Shown here: positions 49,019-60,800 of the stretch, one piece after another | Layout: every line of letters begins with the position of its first letter | How positions within the stretch are numbered: the stretch's first letter is position 1 | DNA from: an uncultured Verrucomicrobiae bacterium | Lineage (GTDB): Bacteria; Verrucomicrobiota; Verrucomicrobiia; Chthoniobacterales; Terrimicrobiaceae | Length of the DNA stretch: 64,000 nt | Assembly: GCA_963706955.1 (NCBI GenBank) | Contig: CAVPOC010000006.1 | Coordinates: forward strand, 32,001 to 96,000 | Reading direction: 5' to 3' | The notes under the pieces: model-generated | Databases searched by the model: none | What the model saw: the letters and a program-made list of their open reading frames with translations, nothing else | What the model was told of the DNA's origin: nothing | Program-made: the position numbers and the translations under genes

Positions 49019-50662
49019 TCAGGGCGTGTCTCTCAACTTTCGGTAGCGCCGAATGACATTGTTGGTGGAACTGTCATGCTTTAGCTTCGGCGGCGTTTCG
49101 CTTTCCAGCTCGGGGATGATGCGTTGGGCGAGCGCCTTTCCAAGTTCGACACCCCACTGGTCGAAGGAGTTGATATTCCAGATCACACCTTGCGTGAAGA
49201 CGTAGTGCTCATAGAGAGCGACGAGCTTTCCAAGCACGGCAGGGGTTAGCCGCTCCGTGAGAATTATATTGGAGGGCCGATTGCCTTCAAACACCCGATG
49301 CGGGACGAGCCAGTCCGGCGTTCCTTCGGCTTGGACCTGCTCGGCGGTCTTGCCAAAGGCAAGTGCTTCGGCTTGCGCGAACACGTTAGCGACGAGCATG
49401 TCGTGATGGCGGCCCAGCGGAGTGAGCGCTTTGCCGAAGGCGATGAAGTCACAGGGAATAAGTCGCGTGCCTTGGTGAATCAGCTGATAGAACGAGTGTT
49501 GACCGTTGGTGCCAGGCTCGCCCCAGTAGATCGGACCAGTGTGATAGTTTACCGATGCACCATCGAGGGTCACATGCTTGCCATTGCTCTCCATCGTCAA
49601 CTGCTGCAAATATGCGGGAAAGCGCTTGAGGTATTGCTCATAGGGGAGCACTGCCACGGTCTCGGCCCCGAGAAAGTCAGTGTTCCAGACGGAAAGCAAG
49701 CCCATGAGAGCCGGCACGTTTTTCTCAAAGGGCGCCGTGCGGAAGTGTCTATCAATCTCGTGGAAGCCATCGAGCATCGCCCGAAAATTCTCGGGCCCAA
49801 TGGCCAGCATCGTGGAGAGCCCGATTGCCGAATCCATCGAGTAGCGCCCCCCGACCCAATCCCAAAAGCCGAACATATTTGCAGTATCGATTCCAAACGC
49901 AGACACTTTTTCGGCATTGGTCGAGACAGCGACGAAATGTTTGGCCACGGCTTTGGAGTTGTTGCCGAGTCCCTTGAGCAGCCAATCGCGCGCACTCTCG
50001 GCATTGGTCATGGTTTCAAGTGTCGTGAACGTCTTCGAGGAGACGATGAAGAGCGTTTCTGCCGGATTCAGGTCGTGGGTTGCCTCGACGAAATCAATGC
50101 CATCGACATTGGAAACGAACCGAAAAGTTAAACCGCGTTCGCTATAGTGCCGCAAAGCCTCATACGCCATCACCGGTCCCAGATCCGAACCGCCAATGCC
50201 GATGTTGACGATGTTGCGGATGCGCTTGCCGGTATACCCTTTCCATGCACCGCTGCGGACACGGTTGGCAAACGCGGACATGGCCTCGAGCACAGCATGC
50301 ACCTCGGGAACGACGTTTTTGCCATCGACCAGGATCGAAGCACCTTTCGGGGCGCGTAAGGCCACGTGGAGGACGGCTCGTTTTTCTGTAATGTTAATCT
50401 TCTCGCCGCTGAACATCGCGGCGATCCGGCCGCGCAGATCAGATTCGTCCGCCAGTTGGACGAGAAGGTTTACCGTTTCATCTGTGATGCGGTTTTTTGA
50501 GTAATCGAGGAAAAGGCCAGCTGCTTCGACGGTAAGGCGCTGGCCACGCTTCGCATCGTCGGAGAACAGTTTCGAAAGCGGCACATCCTTGATCTTCTTG
50601 TAGTGTGCCGCAAGGGCCTTCCAGGCCGGGCGTTTGATAAGTGGCTTGATGCTTGCAGTCAT
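49019..50662 (-). CDS. pgi: glucose-6-phosphate isomerase
   Basis: [56 protein letters not shown]. Confidence 0.98.
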   Translation of the reverse strand: MTASIKPLIKRPAWKALAAHYKKIKDVPLSKLFSDDAKRGQRLTVEAAGLFLDYSKNRITDETVNLLVQLADESDLRGRIAAMFSGEKINITEKRAVLHVALRAPKGASILVDGKNVVPEVHAVLEAMSAFANRVRSGAWKGYTGKRIRNIVNIGIGGSDLGPVMAYEALRHYSERGLTFRFVSNVDGIDFVEATHDLNPAETLFIVSSKTFTTLETMTNAESARDWLLKGLGNNSKAVAKHFVAVSTNAEKVSAFGIDTANMFGFWDWVGGRYSMDSAIGLSTMLAIGPENFRAMLDGFHEIDRHFRTAPFEKNVPALMGLLSVWNTDFLGAETVAVLPYEQYLKRFPAYLQQLTMESNGKHVTLDGASVNYHTGPIYWGEPGTNGQHSFYQLIHQGTRLIPCDFIAFGKALTPLGRHHDMLVANVFAQAEALAFGKTAEQVQAEGTPDWLVPHRVFEGNRPSNIILTERLTPAVLGKLVALYEHYVFTQGVIWNINSFDQWGVELGKALAQRIIPELESETPPKLKHDSSTNNVIRRYRKLRDTP

Positions 50663-50872
50663 AAGGAAGAAATCAACGTGTTCGGTTTGAAGAGTGGCGA
50701 TGTTCGGAGGAGCTCGTGCTCACCGCGCCTGCATGGTGGCAGAAACAATGGACTTTGGGGAAGACGTTTTTGCTTTAGCAAGCGACGCCGCCGGTAGTAA
50801 TCGGCAAAGTTGCCACCATAACAAAAGCGGAGCTGCCGAGCAAATGTAAGGTGCCTTCCTGAGGCGCGCGAG

Positions 50873-52714
50873 TTATCTCGCGCGGTTCAATTCCGTTTCT
50901 CCGATGGCGACTTCCAGGACATCGATGCGGCCCTTGAGGAGATAGGTCTGCTGCTGACCGCGGCCCTTAATATCGACATTACCGCGCGCTTCGAAGAGAT
51001 ACTTCTGCCGCATCCGTTGATAGACGGTGTCGGTGACTTGAATCTCACCAGTAACGCCGTGGCTTTCCATACGACTGGCAAGGTTCACGGTGTCCCCCCA
51101 AAGATCATAGATGAATTTTTTGATTCCAATGACACCGGCGACGACTGGACCGGTATTAATGCCGATGCGCATGGTAAAAGGCATTTCCGCGCCGCGACTC
51201 AGCCGCGAACAAACTTCCAGCATCGCGAGAGCCATCTCGACGACCGCTTCGGTGTGATCCAGCCGCGGAGTGGGCACTCCGCCGACAACCATGTAGGCAT
51301 CGCCGATCGTCTTGATTTTTTCCAATCCGAGATCGTGTGCGAGCTGATCGAATTCTGAAAAGATGACGTTGAGATAACTGACCACCGCCTCGGGCGCGAT
51401 ATTGGCGGAGAGCCGAGTGAAATCCACGATGTCTGCGAAGAGGACGGTCGCTTCGGTATAGTGGTCGGCGATCAGTCCTTCCCCCCGCCGTAATCGCTGC
51501 GCGACCGTAACCGGAAGGATATTGAGCAGCAGTTGTTCGGCGCGCTCTCGCTCCCGATCGGCTTCGTCCTCTGCTCGCCGGCGTTCGGCCGCCTCGAAGG
51601 TGACCGCGATCATGTTGCCGACCGAGGCTGCGAAGGCGAGTTCATCATCCTTCCAGACGCGCGGTTCACCGACATGCTCGAGACAAAGCACGCCGGCAAG
51701 CTGACCCTTGATGAAGGTAGGGACATCAAGCATTGCAGTGATGCCCCGCGGCTTTAGATACGTTTCCGTGAACTCGCTGGTGCGCGGGTCGACAACGGCG
51801 TCATGTGCGACGATATAAGTTTCGGAACGGAGCGCTGCGAAATAGCGCGGAAAATTGCCGCCTTTCAGGATTAACTCATCGGTAAAGTGTGTATGCTTGT
51901 CGAGATCATAAAGGTCGAGCAATGCGATGGCTTCGTTGGCAGTGTCCTTGTCAACGATGCGCCATGCGCTCGTGCGAGCGACCCCAAGGGTGCGACTGGT
52001 CGTCTCGAGAAGCAAGCTTAAGGCAGCCCCGAAGTCGCTCTTGTCGAACTGAGCAAGATCGAGCAGGCAGCGTTGGTGGCGGAGCTCACGTTGTGTCCGT
52101 TCCTCGCGCTCAATCTCGCTGCGTTTGCGCTCGGTGATGTTCTCCACAGTCCCTTCGAAGTAGATGACGCGCCCATGTTCATCGCGAACCGCATGGGCAT
52201 TTTCACTGATCCAAATGAGGCTTCCATTGTTTCGCCGCACTTGGGACTCGAAGTCGGAGACTTCGCCCTTGGTTTGCATTTCTTGAAGGAACTCTTCGCG
52301 CCGGTTTGGTTCGACATAGATCTGAGTGCCGATGCTCGTCACTGCGCGAATGAGGTCCGCCGGCTGCGCGTAGCCGTAGAGGCGAGCGAGGGCCGGATTA
52401 GCTGAGAGGTAGCGTCCGTCGGGCGCGGTCTGAAAAATTCCTTCGCCGGCGTTTTCAAAGATGCTCCGGTATTTGTCTTCCGCCGCACGAGCCGCGGCCA
52501 GCAACTCGTCGGCGCGTTGAGCCGCGGCACGCAACTCCCGAGCCGATGTGGCAAGTCGCCGATTGATGAACGTGAAAATGAGGACCAGCAGAAGCAGGCC
52601 AACGATGTAAAGATCGTGTGCCTCGACCTTCACCCAGTGGCGAAGAACAAGATACCCGAGAACCGCCGCCAGAATGAATCCTGCGGTGAGCACTGTCCAA
52701 TTCGTGCGCTTCAT
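50873..52714 (-). CDS. membrane-bound PAS-GAF class III adenylate cyclase
   Basis: Two TMs, PAS, GAF, LLLNILP, FADIVDFT, KIKTIGDAYM, YDLWGDTVNLASRMES (Lys/Asp ATP-specifying pair). Confidence 0.93.
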   Translation of the reverse strand: MKRTNWTVLTAGFILAAVLGYLVLRHWVKVEAHDLYIVGLLLLVLIFTFINRRLATSARELRAAAQRADELLAAARAAEDKYRSIFENAGEGIFQTAPDGRYLSANPALARLYGYAQPADLIRAVTSIGTQIYVEPNRREEFLQEMQTKGEVSDFESQVRRNNGSLIWISENAHAVRDEHGRVIYFEGTVENITERKRSEIEREERTQRELRHQRCLLDLAQFDKSDFGAALSLLLETTSRTLGVARTSAWRIVDKDTANEAIALLDLYDLDKHTHFTDELILKGGNFPRYFAALRSETYIVAHDAVVDPRTSEFTETYLKPRGITAMLDVPTFIKGQLAGVLCLEHVGEPRVWKDDELAFAASVGNMIAVTFEAAERRRAEDEADRERERAEQLLLNILPVTVAQRLRRGEGLIADHYTEATVLFADIVDFTRLSANIAPEAVVSYLNVIFSEFDQLAHDLGLEKIKTIGDAYMVVGGVPTPRLDHTEAVVEMALAMLEVCSRLSRGAEMPFTMRIGINTGPVVAGVIGIKKFIYDLWGDTVNLASRMESHGVTGEIQVTDTVYQRMRQKYLFEARGNVDIKGRGQQQTYLLKGRIDVLEVAIGETELNRAR

Positions 52715-53032
52715 CGACGGAAAGGATTCAGAGGATTGCGCCGAGCGGAAGCATGAATCGCGGCGGATTTGGGATTTCTTCTGGATTCAGGGCGGCTCCT
52801 GCGAGGGCTTTAGAAAAATGGTGATCCTGGCAGCAAGTTTGTCGTCGTCCAATTGGACATCCTGGGCTGTTGCGGCGCTTCCTGCGCGTTTGAAGATGGA
52901 AAGAGAAGGAGGCATGATGCGACGCAGCTTCACGAATGGCAGTTTCTAACGGAAATTACTTAGGTCGCGTTGATCAAACAAAATCAAGGAGATTTCACAT
53001 GGAGAGTTGATCCCGGCAGCCGGGGTTCGACC

Positions 53033-54157
53033 TCAGCGGATGAGGTGCGGCCAAGGTTGGAAAAAGTAAAACCAGAGGGCCAGCATGCCCCACAAAGCGA
53101 GCAATTGCGCCCCTTCGAGCCAGCTGGTGACGCCGTCGATGGCCATGTAGGCAGCGAGGGCCACCGCGATCGCCAGGGAGATCACTTCCGATACTCCAAA
53201 AGACAGCGTCAAGGGCGTCGGGCCAAGTGCGCTCAGAAAAACAAGCAAGGGAGCGACAAAGAGCGAGACTTGAAGTGCTCCGTTCATTGGAATCGAAATG
53301 GCAAGATTCACTCGATTATGGCGGGCCATGCGAACACACACCACCAACTCGGAAACCGCTCCGGCGACCGGAAGAATGACTACTCCGACAAAGAGGTAAG
53401 TCACTCCCAGTGAGCTGCCGAAAGGGCCGACAAATTCGCTAATGATCTCGCCAAGCACAGCGATGGCCAGGGTTGCCGCAATCAGGATTGCGATGGCGCC
53501 GCGGAGACTCCATCCAGGTTGTTCCGGGTCACGGATCGCGGACGGCTTTTGCGTCAACTCTTCGCCTTCTGGAGCGCGCAGCTGATAGACAACCGTCAGC
53601 ACATATAAGAGGAAGAGGATGAGAGCCACCGCTTGACTGATCTTGTCGACGGCCTCGGTTTGAAACCCGGGATCATAGATCCGATCCTCCTGTCGTTGGG
53701 TGATCGCCGAGAAGAAGGTCGGTACCATGAGACCGACCACCGCCAGGATCATTGTGGTGGTCGCCATGCCAACGCTCTGCTGGTCGAAGCGTTGCATACC
53801 GTTGCGAATTCCTCCAAAGAGAATGGCGGCGCCGAGCGTGAGAAGAAGACTGATGAGAATTGATCCGACGATGGAGGCTTTCAACAGGTCAGTGTGACCG
53901 GCACGTAGCAATGCATACATGATAATGAACTCGGTCAGGGTTCCAAAAGTCGCGTTGAGCAGGCCTCCGATTCTCGGTCCGGTGCGGAGGGCAAGGATCT
54001 CCGTCGACTCTGCCAGAAGATGAGCCAGGGGAATTAGCGCCACAAACGCGACCACAAAGACGAGGAGCGGGTTGACGTGAAGCGCCGCCGCCATGATGGC
54101 GATCGGGACCAGTAGCAGCGGGCTGCCAGCAAGCAGAGTGGAATGTCGCGCCTTCAT
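53033..54157 (-). CDS. cax: Ca2+/H+ antiporter (CaCA family)
   Basis: IPLA, GGLLNATFG..TE, GSI...LLL, LQ..LFVAP, WLEG. Confidence 0.88.
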   Translation of the reverse strand: MKARHSTLLAGSPLLLVPIAIMAAALHVNPLLVFVVAFVALIPLAHLLAESTEILALRTGPRIGGLLNATFGTLTEFIIMYALLRAGHTDLLKASIVGSILISLLLTLGAAILFGGIRNGMQRFDQQSVGMATTTMILAVVGLMVPTFFSAITQRQEDRIYDPGFQTEAVDKISQAVALILFLLYVLTVVYQLRAPEGEELTQKPSAIRDPEQPGWSLRGAIAILIAATLAIAVLGEIISEFVGPFGSSLGVTYLFVGVVILPVAGAVSELVVCVRMARHNRVNLAISIPMNGALQVSLFVAPLLVFLSALGPTPLTLSFGVSEVISLAIAVALAAYMAIDGVTSWLEGAQLLALWGMLALWFYFFQPWPHLIR

Positions 54158-54251
54158 TAACTAGGCGCCACAAGTTGCGCTGCGCACGGTTCTTGGCCTC
54201 TGTCCAAATGCCATCATGATTGCAGCCTGAACCCTGACCTGAGTTTCGGTA

Positions 54252-55004
54252 TCAAACTGCACCGGTGGGCTGCGTCGGTTGACGGCTCTCGAGCAAATTG
54301 GCGAGATCCATTCCAAGAAGACTGCCAATGCGATCGACGGTGACATCCGCTGGCGGATAAGAAGCGATGACTTGCGGATTGAAAGCGAACTGCCCTTGTC
54401 TTGGGAATACTGTCGTAACGCGATCGCCCCAAAATTTCTTGATGGCCGTCAGGATGCGGAGCTTGTCGTCCACCATGACGTAGTGCTCAGCCGGGTAGCG
54501 TCGCACCACATCCTCGAGCGATTCCTCTTTGTGGATGTAGATGAGCACATGACCGTCCACCGCCTCAAAGATGCCGGAGCGTTCCACTTTGCGAGGTTGG
54601 AAGACAACATCGCCGTCGGAGAGAATCACAGTTTGTCCCCAGTGTCGGAATTGCTCCAGCACGTCCAGCGCTTCCGGGTAGAGGCGATTGGCGAAGGGAT
54701 AATCAACCAAAAACGTGGCCGCTGTCACGAGATGCGGCTCGTAGGGATTCTCCACGCGAAAGCGTTGGAGCGCGCCGAGGTAGTCGCGATAGCCTAATTC
54801 TTGGAACAGTTTTTCCTGGATCGCCCAGAAGCGATCTCGATATTCACGGCCAAATTTTCGTTCGATATGGCGTTTGAGATCCTCTTGAATGCGGTCGTTG
54901 TTGAGCAAGGTGTTGTCCACGTCGACCAGGAAAACCACTGGGGCATCAGCTTTCATCTCTTGGTTACCTGAAGTGAGTTTTCTTGGCTGCTCGGTCGAGG
55001 CCAT
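54252..55004 (-). CDS. HAD family hydrolase
   Basis: DVDNTLL, SDGD..FQPRK, VDDK. Confidence 0.88.
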   Translation of the reverse strand: MASTEQPRKLTSGNQEMKADAPVVFLVDVDNTLLNNDRIQEDLKRHIERKFGREYRDRFWAIQEKLFQELGYRDYLGALQRFRVENPYEPHLVTAATFLVDYPFANRLYPEALDVLEQFRHWGQTVILSDGDVVFQPRKVERSGIFEAVDGHVLIYIHKEESLEDVVRRYPAEHYVMVDDKLRILTAIKKFWGDRVTTVFPRQGQFAFNPQVIASYPPADVTVDRIGSLLGMDLANLLESRQPTQPTGAV

Positions 55005-55035
55005 TTTCGAGAGGGGATCCAGAAGGCATTTTTTG

Positions 55036-55794
55036 TCACGGTTTCGCTTTGGACCTCTGTGGGGACTCGTTGTGCCGATCGTCGAGCACGAGCATCACTA
55101 GCCTTCCATCGGTCTGCCATGGATCGCCGCCGCCGTTGCGGCCTTCGAGCTCTTTATGAAAATGATTCTCCCAATACTCCTCTTGAACCAAATTCTCTCT
55201 GGCGAGTTGTTGCGCGATACGATCGCGCTCGGCGTCGACATCAGGTCCGATGTGATGAGTTACCTCTCCGGTGGTATGGCTGAGGCCAACGCTTCGATCG
55301 AAGGTCGCCGCGCCGAACCAGAGAGGGCGGTCATCTTCTCTTTCGGCCGAGCGCCAGAATCTGACATGGTGCCGTTGTCGCGGGCTGTTTCCGACGGGCT
55401 GCTCGAAGGCCAGGTCCTGCTTTCGACCAAACAGATAGAGACTACTTACCGGAGCCTCGTCGTCAGGGCGCCGCAAAACGGAATCAACCACGATGCGAAG
55501 GCTGCTCTCGAAGGTGATTGGATTGGCTGGGTACCACCCGGCAGCCACCATGGCGCGAACCAGTTCTTCCTCGGTGGCGAGCATGGCGATGTTTAGAGGA
55601 TCGCCCGGATGGCCGTCCGCCGTATGTGTAATTCGGTCAACATTGGCCAAGGAGGGATGATGCCGAAAATAGAGCTTCCAGACTAGAGGAGCGAGGAGGT
55701 ACGCCGCCATAGCCCAGGCGATCAGGAGACAGAGAGCGATCCAAAAATACCCAGATCGGCTGCGCCTGCGACGCGTCTCGTCTCGCGGGTTCAT
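55036..55794 (-). CDS. LssY C-terminal domain protein (start uncertain)
   Basis: PGDPLN, APVS.LYLFGRKQD.AF, RHH.RFW, TH.I.PDVD.ERD, TDG. Confidence 0.85.
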   Translation of the reverse strand: MNPRDETRRRRSRSGYFWIALCLLIAWAMAAYLLAPLVWKLYFRHHPSLANVDRITHTADGHPGDPLNIAMLATEEELVRAMVAAGWYPANPITFESSLRIVVDSVLRRPDDEAPVSSLYLFGRKQDLAFEQPVGNSPRQRHHVRFWRSAEREDDRPLWFGAATFDRSVGLSHTTGEVTHHIGPDVDAERDRIAQQLARENLVQEEYWENHFHKELEGRNGGGDPWQTDGRLVMLVLDDRHNESPQRSKAKP

Positions 55795-55912
55795 TCCGAT
55801 CTCGAGCCTCATTAGCAACTGAGAAGCAACTGCATGCTCGCCGTCGAGGGCATGTTCTGGGATTGTCTTTCCCCTCATCAAAAAGGAAAATCTCCGCCGA
55901 GACGATACAATT

Positions 55913-56962
55913 ATGACAGTGTCAAAATCCCCCGAAATATTTATTCCGGCAAACGATGGCGTGGACCCGAAACGGGTTCCGCAGAAAGTTCTGCCTACTG
56001 GCGCAAAGATACCGGCCATCGGCCTGGGGACATTTGGATCCGACAGAATATCCGGTCCGCAAGTTGCTGAGGCAGTCTTGGAGGCCGCGGCCGTGGGCTA
56101 TCGGCATTTCGATTGCGCGGCCGTTTACGGCAACGAGGAGCTCCTCGGCCATTCGTTACGTAGAATCATTGCCGGCGGGATTCCACGCGAGGAGCTCTGG
56201 GTCACCTCTAAGTTGTGGAATGACAAACATGATGAGAATGACGTGATTCCGGCGTTCGAGAAATCTCTCGCCGACCTCCAACTTGACTATCTCGATCTCT
56301 ACTTGATCCATTGGCCATTCCCCAACTACCACCCCCCGGGGTGCGACGTCAGTTCGCGGAGTCCGAATGCGCAGCCGTACATTCATGAGAATTACATGAA
56401 AACGTGGCGCAAACTGGAGCACTTAGTCGAAGCTGACTTGGTGAGACATATTGGAACCTCAAATATGACCATACCAAAACTTCGACTCCTCTTGCGCGAT
56501 GCGAGGATCAAACCGGTCTGCAACGAAATGGAATTGCATCCGCATTTTCAACAGCCGGAATTGTTCAATTTCGTTTTGGATAATGGAATGATCCCGATTG
56601 GCTTCAGTCCGATCGGATCCCCAGCGCGTCCGGATCGCGATCGAACCCCGAGCGATACGGTCGACACAGAGGATCCCGTCGTCGTTGAGATCGCCAATCG
56701 GCTGAAAGTTCATCCCGCCGTCGTTTGTGTCAAATGGGCTGTGCAGCGGGGACAGATACCAATTCCGTTCTCAGTCAATCGGCGGAACTACCTTAGCAAT
56801 CTACGTAGTGTCGTCGAGGATCCGCTGACCGATCAAGAGATGGACGCGCTTTCACGAATCGATCGCAATTGTCGCCTGATCAAGGGTGATGTGTTCCTGT
56901 GGAAGGAGAACCAGACGTGGGAGGCCCTTTGGGACGTAGACGGAGAAATTACCCCAGCTTAG
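55913..56962 (+). CDS. aldo/keto reductase (alternative GTG start at 55919)
   Basis: IGLGTF, GYRHFDCA.VYGNE, TSKLW, YLDLYLIHWP, IGTSN. Confidence 0.95.
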   Translation: MTVSKSPEIFIPANDGVDPKRVPQKVLPTGAKIPAIGLGTFGSDRISGPQVAEAVLEAAAVGYRHFDCAAVYGNEELLGHSLRRIIAGGIPREELWVTSKLWNDKHDENDVIPAFEKSLADLQLDYLDLYLIHWPFPNYHPPGCDVSSRSPNAQPYIHENYMKTWRKLEHLVEADLVRHIGTSNMTIPKLRLLLRDARIKPVCNEMELHPHFQQPELFNFVLDNGMIPIGFSPIGSPARPDRDRTPSDTVDTEDPVVVEIANRLKVHPAVVCVKWAVQRGQIPIPFSVNRRNYLSNLRSVVEDPLTDQEMDALSRIDRNCRLIKGDVFLWKENQTWEALWDVDGEITPA

Positions 56963-57027
56963 CTGGTATTCGCGGAATGCTTCCTAAGAGCTTTTCGTCC
57001 GCTACACCAACCGAAAATTCTGCAACT

Positions 57028-57097
57028 CGACCGTTGCGGCTACATAATTTCTAATACTGCAGTAGTTCGATTTGTAGCGACCGTGTCTTCACGGTCG
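57028..57097. repeat. REP-like GTAG-headed palindromes in inverted arrangement
   Basis: GTAG-CGACCGTG-TCTT-CACGGTCG at 57074-57097; shortened copy GTAG-CCGCAACGGTCG on minus strand at 57043-57028. Confidence 0.6.
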
Positions 57098-57183
57098 AGG
57101 GCCTGGAGCGACGATGTTTCCATCGTCAGGGAATCTTCGTCGTGGGGAGACCGGCGCGACATCGTCCTTCGCAAGGAGGTTGG

Positions 57184-57798
57184 CTAAAGTTTGCGACCGA
57201 CGTCCTTAATGCCATTGCCGATGTCGTTGAACCATTCTTCGACTTGTTTGGCGCTCCCCTTGATCGCTTCGCCAGTTTTCTTGCCGGCTTTCTGGAGAGT
57301 TTGGATAGAGGCTTGAGCTCCCTGCTTGAGCTTGGTTCCGGACCATTTGGCAGCTCCGTCGAGAGCGGCGCCAGCCTTCTTCAGCGCAGCGCCGGCGTCT
57401 TGGCCGGAGTTCTTGGCCTCTTCAGCGGTTGTGTGCCAGCCGACGGCGAGGGCGTGGTCCACACGAGCAAAGGTCTTCCTTAGGTCGTCTCCGGATTTCA
57501 CAGTGCCGTTCTTTACTTCGCGACCGAGCTTTTCCAAGGAGGCGGCAGCCTTCTCCACATCTCCTTTTGCGCTGGTCGCAACTTCGCTCGATTCATTTCT
57601 TACGTAGGTCGCCGCCTTCCGGATTTCTTGCGAAGCCTTAGCCGTGTCACCCTTCACGAACGATGCATGAGAGGCTGCCATGGTTTTGTCGGGTTCCTCG
57701 GTGAAATCGTCTGGATTTACTTGGGCCAGGGCGAAGGTGGCGCCGGTGATCGAGAGGGCAACAGTCGCAATACTTAGTGGTAAGAGAGTCTTATTCAT
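57184..57798 (-). CDS. exported helical hypothetical protein
   Basis: Signal peptide MNKTLLPLSIATVALSITGATFALA, Ala/Lys-rich helices. Confidence 0.8.
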   Translation of the reverse strand: MNKTLLPLSIATVALSITGATFALAQVNPDDFTEEPDKTMAASHASFVKGDTAKASQEIRKAATYVRNESSEVATSAKGDVEKAAASLEKLGREVKNGTVKSGDDLRKTFARVDHALAVGWHTTAEEAKNSGQDAGAALKKAGAALDGAAKWSGTKLKQGAQASIQTLQKAGKKTGEAIKGSAKQVEEWFNDIGNGIKDVGRKL

Positions 57799-57892
57799 TT
57801 GATGTAACCGAGGCAGGTGTGCGAACGAATACACGCCTATTGGCTTGCGATTCAAGCTTCGAGATTATACGCGCGGAAATCCGATCTTCCGC

Positions 57893-60800
57893 TTACCCGC
57901 CCAGCGCGGTGAGCCGCTCCTGGGCTTTGGAGGCAAACTCGCTGTTCGGGTATTCTTTGAGCAACTGCTGGTAAGAGGCTTTGGCCTTTCCTAATTGCTG
58001 CTCTTTGAACTTGGTGTCCTTGGATCCGTTGGCCTGCTGTTCGAGCAATTGAGCACCCATCCAGAGGCCTTCAGAGGCCGCCGTTGGCACGCCCCCGTAG
58101 AACTGGGCAATCTTGATAAAATAATCGATGGCAGCGCCGAGAAATTCATCCTTCTGTGTTTGGTCAGCAGCTATCTTCGCTTTTTCAGCCATGATCGCGC
58201 CACCAAGCAGCATCGCCTTGGCGCGAACTTGCGCCGTCGCAGTTGGCGCGCGGATGAGGCCGGTCAGCAGCGTGACCGCCTCATCGAGCTTACCTTGTTC
58301 CTTGAGCGACTGAGCGATTCCATAATCGGCCTCGAGGACTTTGGGCGACCACGGATAGAGCGCCTTTAATTCCTGAAACAGCTGGCCGGCAGGTCCCGTT
58401 TGGCCTCCTTCCTGGGCGACCCGCGCACGTCCGAAAAGGGCGATCGCTTGAGCCTCCTGGACCAGTTGCGAAGCCTGATTCGGCGACACATTTTGGGGCA
58501 CCGGATAGTCCTTCGCGAGTTTCTCGAAGACCGCGGCGGCTTCGTCGAGTTTCTTCTCTTTAATCAAGGCCAGCCCGTAAAAATCCAGGTCCCTCGGAGA
58601 ATAGACAATCTCCGTGCGATAGGCCTCGTTCGTGATAAGGAGAGCTTTGCCTTCATCCTGTTCCGAAACATAGGTGGCCAATGCAAAGAGGATCCTGCTG
58701 CGCGCGCTTGGACTAGTGGTGGAGTCTGCCAGAGATTTGAAGTACTCTTCGACTTGAGACCCTGTTTTTAGCTCGGCCCCCAAGAGCATGCGTTGGGACT
58801 GCAAGAGGGTTTGCAGCGCCAGGGCGAGTGAGACGCTTTCCGGATACTTCTTTGCGGCTTCCTCCGCAGAGGCGATGCTACTGTCGAGGAGGGTTTTCCA
58901 CTGAGAGCGTTCCTGCTCAGCCAGCGCGCTGTAGCGTCCCAGGGAATCGGCCTTGGCGCGTTGGAGTTCGGCGATTTTGAAGAGCGCGTCACCGGCCTGT
59001 GGACTGTCGGGATAGCGCTCGATGAATTCGCGATAAGTTCCGACCGCGTCCTCTGTCTTCCCGGAATTGACGGCTGTCTGGGCGATCGATTCATAAGCGA
59101 AGTAAACTTTGTCATTCGTAGGATACTTTTCGATAAACTCCCTCATGAGGGCCACGACGTCGTTGGCTTTGCCTTCGCTCGCGCGCAGTTGTGCCCGCAT
59201 GAAATACGTGAACGGTGCCGGTTGACTCTCCGGGAACTGCTCGGCTACCGAGGCGAGCGCGGCGATGCCTTCGTCTTTGTTTCCGAGGGCGATGAGCGCG
59301 CCACCTTTGGCATAGAGTGCAAGCGGAGCTAGTGCGTGCTGGGGGTTGGCTTTTGCAAAGGCTTCGAGGATTGGCGCGGCTGCCGCGTTGTCACCCTTCT
59401 GCTGGGTGCAAATACCAATCCAGTAGTCAGCCTCGATAGCCTGAGGAGTTCCCGGATACTTGGTCTTGACGATATTGTAAGCGGCAATGGCATCATCCCA
59501 TTTTTGATTGTCCTTGTGAATTCCTGCGACCCCCGCCTGGGCAATGACGGCAACTTCCGCCGGCGGATTTTTGGCAAGATAGTCTTGGAATGTCTTGAGA
59601 GCGTCGGAGAGATTGCCCAAGCGCGCTTCCGCGTTGGCCTTTTGGACAACGGCGAGACCAGTGAACCGTCCTTGAGGGTAGATAGTCAGCGCTTCATTGA
59701 AAAAGCGGAGTGCCTCCGGAGCGTTGTTCAGAGTGAGATACATGCTGCCCATGGCGACCGGGAGGTTATCCGCAAGCATGTCGCCCTTATACTTTGACTG
59801 AAACTCGTTGTATCCGGCAATGGCCGGATCGGCGGCATTCTGCAAAGCATAGGTCATGGTGGTGAAATAAAGTGCACGCTTCTTATCTTCCTCGCTGACA
59901 AGAAAAGGGACGACATGGCGGAGGACAACGCGGGCTTCGTTGTTTTTGTTTTGTTGGAAATAAATTTCGGCCATTTTCAGCTGGGCTGTGGCCGTTTGGT
60001 CGGGCTTGCCTTGGAGTTCGGCAAACTTCTTAAGCTCGCGCTCGTTGTCACGATCGAGTTGTTTCTTGAGTGAGGCATTATTGGCGCGCAAAGCGGCAGC
60101 TTTCCTGGTGACGAATTCCCGAATCTTGTTTTGCTGCAGGGCGATGATTTCCTCCTTCGGCGCTACCCTTCGGAAAGCGGCCAACGCCTCGGCGTAAAGG
60201 TTTGGGCGCTCCGATTCGGAAGTGTAGGTCGCTTGGTTGAGGAGAATTTCTCCGAGCTGAAAGTTTGCCTCGTTGATGAGGGCGACATCCTCCTTTTTCT
60301 TGATAATTTCGCGAAGATAATCGGTCGCGCGCTTGTAGAGGTCGAAGGCCTTCGTCTTGGCCGCGGGATCTCCGGTCACCAAGAGGGCGCTTCCCTGCGT
60401 CGCGAGTGTGACAGCAAGGAGATGCTTACTCTTGGCAAGAGTGCCGCTTTGCGGGAATTTCTGCAGGTTGAGTTCGAGATCTTTGACGGCATCGTCAAAT
60501 TTTCTCAGCTGATATTCGGCGATGGCACGACCAAAGATGGCGTTCTCAAGGTCTGATGCTTGTGGGTATTTGTTGATGTATTCGGAGAATTTGGCGGTAG
60601 CCTCTTCGAAGGTGCTGTTGCGCTTTGGATCGGCTGCCGGAACAGCGGCAGCTTTCCCCGAGAGGATTTGAGGCACCAGGCCATCAAGTGTCTGCTTGAG
60701 CTCGGCAGACATGGCGGAACCTGACTCGGCCTTTCTCAGAACGTCCAGGGCTTGATCAAACTGACCGAGGAAGTAAAAGCAGGATGCCAGTTGGAGTTGA

